A stretch of 64,000 nt of DNA. Source: the human T2T-CHM13v2.0 reference genome, Homo sapiens. The notes under the pieces are model-generated. The model had not been told where the DNA came from and did no database searches. It worked only from the letters and a program-made list of their open reading frames with translations. Each line of letters starts with the position of its first letter. The first letter of the stretch is position 1. Location of the stretch: the NCBI RefSeq assembly GCF_009914755.1, contig NC_060937.1; one strand, written 5' to 3'. This document shows, in pieces, positions 56,748 to 64,000 of the stretch. A program made the position numbers and the translations under genes.

Positions 56748-59159
56748 AGAAGCTTTAAGGAATATGCATTTAATAAAAGCTATAAGGGAGAAATATGAAA
56801 AAAATTTTCAAGCTATGAGATTTACATATATATGTGTATATATATATATATACACATATAAATTCTATATATCCGTCTAGTGAATATCTTGATACATCGA
56901 TCTTTATTAACCAAGAGGAATTATCTTCCCTTTTAAATTGTCCCAGTTACTAGAGTCATTTTTAAATAAAAATATTTTCATTTTCTTGCAATATTAGCTG
57001 CTAGTAAATAAAATATCTTTCGATTACTTTCCTATTACTACCAAATAGCTTCTTTTTTCATGAAAGTAAACATAGGGATAAAAAGTTTTATCCTTCATGT
57101 TGTAGGTTTTGCCTTAGATATTCCATTGTAATGTGTTCTAAAATCATTAGTGAAGATATTTTAGTAGACATTGGAAACTTATTTTCATTTCACCCCATAA
57201 ATATATAACTATAAGTAAATATTTTATGCATGTTATATTTTAACTATGAATATAAATCAATGGATTATAAATAAAATATCTAAGCATATGATGAGACCAT
57301 ATACATAGTTTTGCTTGTATATTTTATGTTTCTTCTCAGTTTACCATCAGTCATGACTGCTGAATACATATTAAGCTAAAGTTTCCTAAGTTTGCTCACA
57401 GGGTGTTTTATTTTTTAAAAGAAAATTTAATATTTAGCAGTCAGTTAAAATATTGATATTTTCTAAAATTGAACCACATTTTGGTTAAAACACTTATTTT
57501 TCAATAAAATACAAATGAATATTTTTGTTAATTCTGAAAGTTGTGTAACCCAAGTTTTTGATTAGAACACTTAAGCATGTTAAAATACACATTGTATTGT
57601 CATGGCTATTGGTTTCCCGCATAGGGAAGAACTCAGTGGCATTTGCCTAGGGTGCATTGCATTGGCCTACCTATCATTAAATTCTAGTTTACAGCTGCAA
57701 ACTGAAGTGCTGCCTGGTTTGGTAAAATTGAAACTGCTTGTTTGAGCCATTTCAATGATTAGCCTACAAGAAATCTATCAGTCCTGAAATAAAAATGTAC
57801 TCAGGCAGTACACTTATTGGAATGCTAGACTCTAGGTTCCTTCAGCAATCATAACTTTCAGGTAGAAAGTTAATCTCTAGAAGTATTTTGTTCTGTTTTT
57901 GTTAGTTTTTAAAACAATTGTTGGAAAGCCATATCCTCTTTCCTGCCTTAAAGATGTTTCCTGGCTACAAGTATAATCCTTTGCAATGGTATTTTTGAGG
58001 GCATGCAAGGAAATATGGAAACTTTATGGACCATTGTCCAGTCTGAATTGGCCATTCACTGTAGGAATATTACAGATTTGATTTCCATTTGAGTGAAAGG
58101 TTGGATTATAGGAGCTCTAAGATCTAAGAGTCCTTATAACTGTGATGTTCTTTAACAGGTGTAAAAAATAAGTGGTCAGTGTATGTGTGGAAATTCAAAG
58201 ATATATAAGAAGCTAAGAGTAGAGATTATTCAATTTAATAATGATCATCATTATGCACCCCATACCAGTTTAGTTGTTGAGGGTGGCTTTGTCAGGAGCC
58301 CAGTTCCCTTCTCAATCAGATTATAGCAGGGGTGAGAAAGAAAGCAGAATTTCTAAAGCCTGTGTTCCCAATAAGCCATACTGCCTCAGCTTTCTTGTTG
58401 GAGAGTCAAGAATCCTAGTGAGTGAAACTGTTTTATTATTTTTTCATTCCAAACTCTTTTACTAGAAACCAAACTTCAGGAAAATATGATTAAACTCAAT
58501 GACTGTGAAGATATCTAACCTAATATGATTCTAAAAATTCTTTCGTATTCCCAAGTTTAAGTCTATGCACCCTGTGGTGGAAAGAATTAAGCTCATTATG
58601 TTGTTTATTCCAGGTAACTATAAAAAATGGAAACTTCTAAATTTCACACCCAACAATTAGCTACTTTTCTATTCTTTACTACTGTGAGTATAATTGGATT
58701 TGAATGAATAGGATAAATATAAGAGCAATCTCTTTATGTGGTGGCAGAGCAGTCAATAACCTGAATCTAACATAAGCATTATAAATATACACTTTGTTAA
58801 AAATAATAAAATTATCAAAGCAAATATAAATAAACCCACATTAAGATCAACATTTCCTAACTTAATCTCTACATCATTGTTTAATATATACTTTTTTATA
58901 ATTGCAACATTATTTAATGCTCATTGAAACATTTTCTGTGCCTTTTCTTTTTGGTACTTTTTAAAAAACTTAGTTCATTACTTACATAATAAGCATTCAA
59001 CACAAGACTATTGGTTGAGGATATTAACAAATATAATAAGTGAAATAGCTGGTACAACTGTAAAATTAAATGTGAACTATATTTTAAATATTTTCAAGCT
59101 ATTTAAGTAAATCAAAGTTTAAAAATTCAACAAATTATATCTCCGAGTACTGTGAGACG

Positions 59160-60675
59160 GTTGTTCTTAACCTCCCTACTGTTTAAAGGAAAAGAGGCCC
59201 CTTTTCCTGCACGAGGCTAATCCTTCTACTCATACTTGAGATTCCATATCCTCTCACCTGTGTCTAAATTATTTCCACCTCTAATATTTTCTTTTTATAA
59301 TGTTTAAAATTGCCTAAGATGCACCATTTTAACTATAATATCAAAAACAAAAGCATTTCCCTTCCCTCATCCTTCTCGCCACAATCTATTTTGTCTAATT
59401 ATTAAACTTTTCATCTAATTCTTCCTTCATAACACCATTGGAACTGATTTATTAAAAGGCACACCTGTCACAGTGTTGCCAAAAGCAAAGAATACATTTC
59501 CATCCTAATCTGACCTAATCTCTCTGTGGTCCTCGAAACTGAAGACCACTCTCATTTATTATGCTATTTTCTTTCACCTGGGTCTTTTGGCTGCCATGAT
59601 ATATTTTTCCTGGGATTTGCCTTTCTTTTTCAGAGTCCTTCTTTGATTATACAGAGTTAGGTTTGTTGGGTTTTGTTTTGTCTAAGATTTATCTATAAGC
59701 TTTTCTTCTTTCCTCCGTTTTTCTTTTCTAACCTGGTCTACTTTAATTTTACACTCCTTTCACTCATGACTTCAATGATCTAGAAACCAATGATTTCTAA
59801 ATCTGCAACTCCAAGCAAACCTCCCACTAGACCCTAGAAATTGTATTTTTGTTCTCTTAATAGATACCTCTATATATGGATGTTACATGGCTTATGCTCC
59901 AAAATGAACTTATAGCCCTATAACATCTATTATTTTCCCTTCTCTCATTCTTTTGCTAATGACAAGTGCTCACCTAAATTTATATTCCTCTCCTCATTCT
60001 TAATCACTTAAAATATGTTTCAGCCTCCCTTGTGCTTAGGTGTAGCCATAGATTTTCAGCAGATTTAATTTGAGAGGAAGTGATGTGTTCTATTTCCACA
60101 CATGGTCCCAGACATTCCCAATGCATGCTCTTTCATTTGAATTTTCTTTTAACTGGTGGGAATCTTGCGACAAACTTGATTGCCATAAATTGAAAGTTTG
60201 GAAATCCCTCTCAGCTTAGGAACCTAAATGACTGTTGAACAGAGCTGCCCCACACAATTACATTTTATGAACAAGGAGTAACCATCTTATTGCACTTAAA
60301 GCCATAGTCATATGGGGGAATTAATTTAATTTAAATATTCTGAAACATAGAGATACTTAAGCCCAAAACTTGGATGTCATTACAAATCTTTGAATTTATG
60401 TGATCTAATCAATCATGTACATATAGGCACACACATATGTGTGCAAACATATAGCTATCTGTTTATCAATTAATCATCTATTTATCCCATTTGCCCCCAT
60501 ATATTTCCACCATTATTTAACTCAAGTCCCCATCTTTTCTTACCTTAACACTTTCAATAGATTCTTAATAAGCCTCCCAGAATGTAGCTTTACCCCTGCT
60601 TACTCCCCATCTCCTTCCAGTCTTTTATTCAAAATAACATTTCTTAAATATGTGCTTAGTTATTTAGCTCACCTA
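59160..60675 (+). mobile_element. L2 fragments with an embedded MLT1J-like LTR (~60020-60330)
   Basis: Pyrimidine-rich L2 pattern; gcctcccttgtgcttaggtgtagcca...gaggaagtgatgtg is MLT1J-like. Confidence 0.5.
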
Positions 60676-60688
60676 CTCAAAATATTTT

Positions 60689-63406
60689 TGAGAAATGCTT
60701 TGTAATCAGTATATTAAGGGGACATTCATACATTTCAAGAATTGCTTGAATTCTGATATTCAGATTTAAGCATGTGAACATATGATGAAACTTTTAAACA
60801 TACAATTGAAGTTATTCATTATAATTTGCTATACTACCAACATTAAATTACAGTTACGTTGGAGCATAAGACAAAAGGTTTAAAGTAAGCCTGTGACATA
60901 CCAAAGGAACACTTTCTTATATTATACATGAAAATTAATTGTACATGTCAAGGTCTTTTTACTTTAACTTCTAAGTTACCCATCTCCGGAAGTTACTACT
61001 TAGGGGCATATTATGGTCCAAAGAGAAAGGATTAAAAATAACTAGGACTGGTCAAGTTATACATATGGGTATATATGCATGTGTGTGTGTGGGTGTGGGT
61101 GTGTGTGCAGAAGAGAAAACAATCCTAGAAGTTCAAGCCCTCAAGTAGCAGCATGTTATGAAAAATTCCTTCTTTAGAAAGGTATCCTTTATATCATTGA
61201 TACCACAGCCTAAATTATATCATGCCATCTTCAAGTAACAGTTGAGGCAACAGAATAAATGCAGAGGAATCACAATGGAACTTATATAATACAAATAACT
61301 ATACAAACCAACACTTCTCTACAAATTACGTTTTTTTTTCTAATTGCTGGTTAAATACAGTTTTAATTTTATAGATTAAGAATGAAAGGTCATACACTGC
61401 AGCCTAGACATATACGTAGCATTTCAGTCCAAGTTTGTTCATGGACACAGATGAAATCAATAACAAGGTTTGGCCTAACAAATGCTAATGGAACTTCTTT
61501 TTAAAGTAGTTTTTACAGATATTAAACTCCATCTTGCACACTGAAGTCATCATACATACAGTGCAGAGTCAGAGATTTTATATTTGCCTTTATTCTTCAT
61601 TTAACTTTTGATATGGGTTGGCTGTGCCTCCACCCAAATCTCAGTTTGAATTGTATCTCCCAGAATTCTCATGTGTTGTGGGAGGGACCCAGGGGGAGGT
61701 AATTGAATCATGGGGGCTGATCTCTCCTGTGCTATTCTCGTGATAGTGAATAAGTCTTATGAGATCTGATGGGTTTATCAGGGGTTTCCGCTTATGCTTC
61801 TTCCTCATTTTTCTCTTGGCACTGCCATGTAAGAAGTGCCTTTTGCCTCCCACCATGATTCTGAGGCCTCTCCAGCCATGTGGAACTGTAAGTCCAATTA
61901 AACCCCTTTTTCTTCCCAGTCTCAGGTATGTCTTTATCAGCAGCTTGAAAACAGTCTAATACAACTTTTAAAACACTACTGTAGTTGACCATTGAAACAA
62001 AAACAATAGCAAGCAGTAAGCATATTACGATTACAGTCTTCCACTCATTCACTGCTGCACATAAAATGCCAACTGTGAGTGTTATTCACTGGCCCCATTA
62101 AGAGGTTTGACACTGAACACCACCTCTAGGATGATGTTTATAATCCTCATATGCTTCTCCATTGTCATGCTGTCATCTTTTCTCATTTGGATCGAAGTCC
62201 ACCAGTTCTATCTGATCCATTTCATCAGTCTCTTCTACTTTCTTCCTCTAAGGTAGGAGTTTTTTCAGCAAGAGAGTTCATCAGCTGAGGGAAAGCCATT
62301 CTCAGGAAAAGTTTACCTTCGATTAGATAATTTGGCAGCTCTTCATATGGGCTACATAAATTGGCATTCCTTCGCTTAGCACACCCAAGATATCTCCATG
62401 CTGACAATCTGACCTGGATGAGAGGTGATGACTACAGTTCAGTCATTAAGAGTGGAAGCTACAAAATGCTTCAACCAGCTATATGTCCATACACATGAAA
62501 AGCTCTCCTCCTCATTGAATAAAAACAGTGTGCTCCTTCTGATCTAACACAATAATAATATCTCCTAGCTCCAATCCTGGTTCTTTGGTCTGCTTCACCA
62601 TGGAACGTTACCTTCTGGCCATCTTTCACGCCTTTGTCAATATGGACTTGTACAATCTTCTTTTTCTCTGTCTTCCTTCCATTGCAGCTTTTATATCTAT
62701 CTTCAGGACTGATTTGTTCTCCATGGCCCTAGCACTCTATGCCCACGGATTAAATTTGCTAAACCATTCCAGGTCCTATCTGATTAATTCTTATTTGCAT
62801 TCCAGTAACTATGCAATTGGGACAGCCCTCTACTATTCCTTTCTTACCACTTCTACCTTCACATTTGTCACAAATCACATTTTTTTTGTTTTATTTGCAG
62901 AGCCAGTTTTCTTGCCACACCTTTATATAAATCTTCTAAGGTTATTGACAGCTGACACACATTTTTACCTTTCCTTTCCCTCTGCATACTTCCTCCTTCT
63001 CCTCCAAAAATCATTCAAAGATGTCCACAGGAGAGCCAGAAGCGCTACCTGCTCCACCCTCTTTAATTACCTGGCTTTCCTCCTTTGACATACAATTTGC
63101 TTTTCTTTGCATCAGAGAGAACTTGACAAGCTGGAGAAATCTGCCTAAATTTATCTCCTTCATTCAGGTTCTTACCAGAGTGGTACTTCAATGCCAGTTT
63201 CCTATAAACCTTTTTCTTATAATATTTTTGAGCAGCATTGAGTTTTACCCCCAAAGCATAACAGAAACTGGGTTCTCTCACCATTTTTTACTGGCAGTAA
63301 GTGGGCTGAGGCTGATGTGGAGGGTGTGCAAAGCAACGCACCTAGTAGCTGTGCTCAGATGCGGCAGCCACGACTCCACCTCTCGCCAAGTGTTCTGGAA
63401 AGTTCC
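60689..63406 (-). pseudogene. DNAJA1: Processed pseudogene of DNAJA1 (HSP40), full length: 5'UTR, decayed CDS 63284-62098, long 3'UTR
   Basis: Translation [17 protein letters not shown]...[24 protein letters not shown] matches the DNAJA1 J-domain; C-terminus HHPRGGVQCQTS*; intronless; frameshifts and stops; HPD mutated to HSG; 13-bp TSD ctcaaaatatttt (60676-88, 63407-19) at a TT/AAAA L1 endonuclease site. The symbol is the parent gene; the pseudogene number is unknown. Confidence 0.96.
61609..61963 (+). mobile_element. THE1A solo LTR in the pseudogene 3'UTR
   Basis: tgatatgg...ttgaattgtatctcccagaatt...ctaataca, 355 bp, perfect TSD ACTTT. Confidence 0.92.
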
Positions 63407-63644
63407 CTCAAAATATTTTAAATATTGTCACATTTTTTGATCCATCTATCTAGCGTGTATTGAGTATTATTACTTATACGTTTATACTTAGATTGACACA
63501 TAAGCACAATCTGTCATTTCAAGAAATGTACATTTTAATGGAAAAAAACCACGTAACTATAAAATAACTGTAAAAACATAGATCCTTCCCTTTTTGTACA
63601 TAACATAAAATCCAAACTTCTTGGCATGGCATGAAAGGACCTAG

Positions 63645-64000
63645 TGAAATTCTAGAAGTTATTAAACAGATGTTTTGGGAGCATTTGGAAGAGAAAGCAA
63701 TGATCGTTAGGAGCCAGCGTGGGCTCACAAAGAATAACTTCTTTTTTGATAGAGTTGCTAGACCGTCAAATTAGGTGAATTTTATAGACAAACTTTGTTG
63801 ATTTCAACAAGCCATGTTTGTCCTTAGTAAAGCTCTTTCACTGATATCCTTAAAAGAAAATGGGAAAATATTAATTGGAAGGCAAAATATTAGAATATTA
63901 ATTGATAATACATGATAATCAAAGGTCTTTGTTTGTTACCAAGTTCTTCCCACCTGATCTTATTGAAATTTTTAACAAGTCTTTGAAGTCATAAAAGGAA
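63645..64000 (+). mobile_element. L3/CR1 RT fragment
   Basis: ttattaaacagatg...gagcatttggaagagaaagc...taggagccagcgtgggctcacaaagaa...ttttgatagagtt. Confidence 0.7.

Noticed and set aside
63063-63284. 73-aa J-domain-like ORF as a functional microprotein
   Set aside because: HPD mutated to HSG, many substitutions, early frameshift and stop
60689-63406. Assigning a numbered DNAJA1P locus or chromosome
   Set aside because: Cannot be determined without a genome alignment
62585-63440. 167-aa and 139-aa plus-strand ORFs
   Set aside because: Antisense shadows of the DNAJA1 pseudogene CDS

Overview
AT-rich primate (very probably human) genomic DNA, either intergenic or deep intronic. I found no intact protein-coding exon; the listed ORFs are chance or repeat-derived. 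The window is mostly repeats: 13 Alus, old L1/L2/L3/MIR fragments, MaLR LTRs (THE1A, MSTA, MLT1), several ERV1 solo LTRs (LTR12F-like, MER66-like, LTR1-group, MER4A1), a full-length Ricksha MULE transposon and a 750-bp AT-rich minisatellite. It also holds a non-coding MER4-group provirus (24282-29950) whose 5' LTR is split by an LTR12C, and a full-length DNAJA1 processed pseudogene (minus strand, 60689-63406, 13-bp TSD, split by THE1A). The most unusual signal is a set of locally templated duplications. The clearest is a 363/364-identical inverted copy (28358-28720 vs 29608-29971) flanking an 887-bp spacer. The others are a 58-bp inverted copy inside an AluJ, a ~130-bp direct copy inside an L1, and a fold-back hairpin at an L1/MLT1 junction. 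I see no evidence for a new gene system; these look like repair or template-switch scars, one of which may be an inversion substrate. Repeat subfamily names come from recall of consensus sequences and need RepeatMasker/Dfam confirmation.
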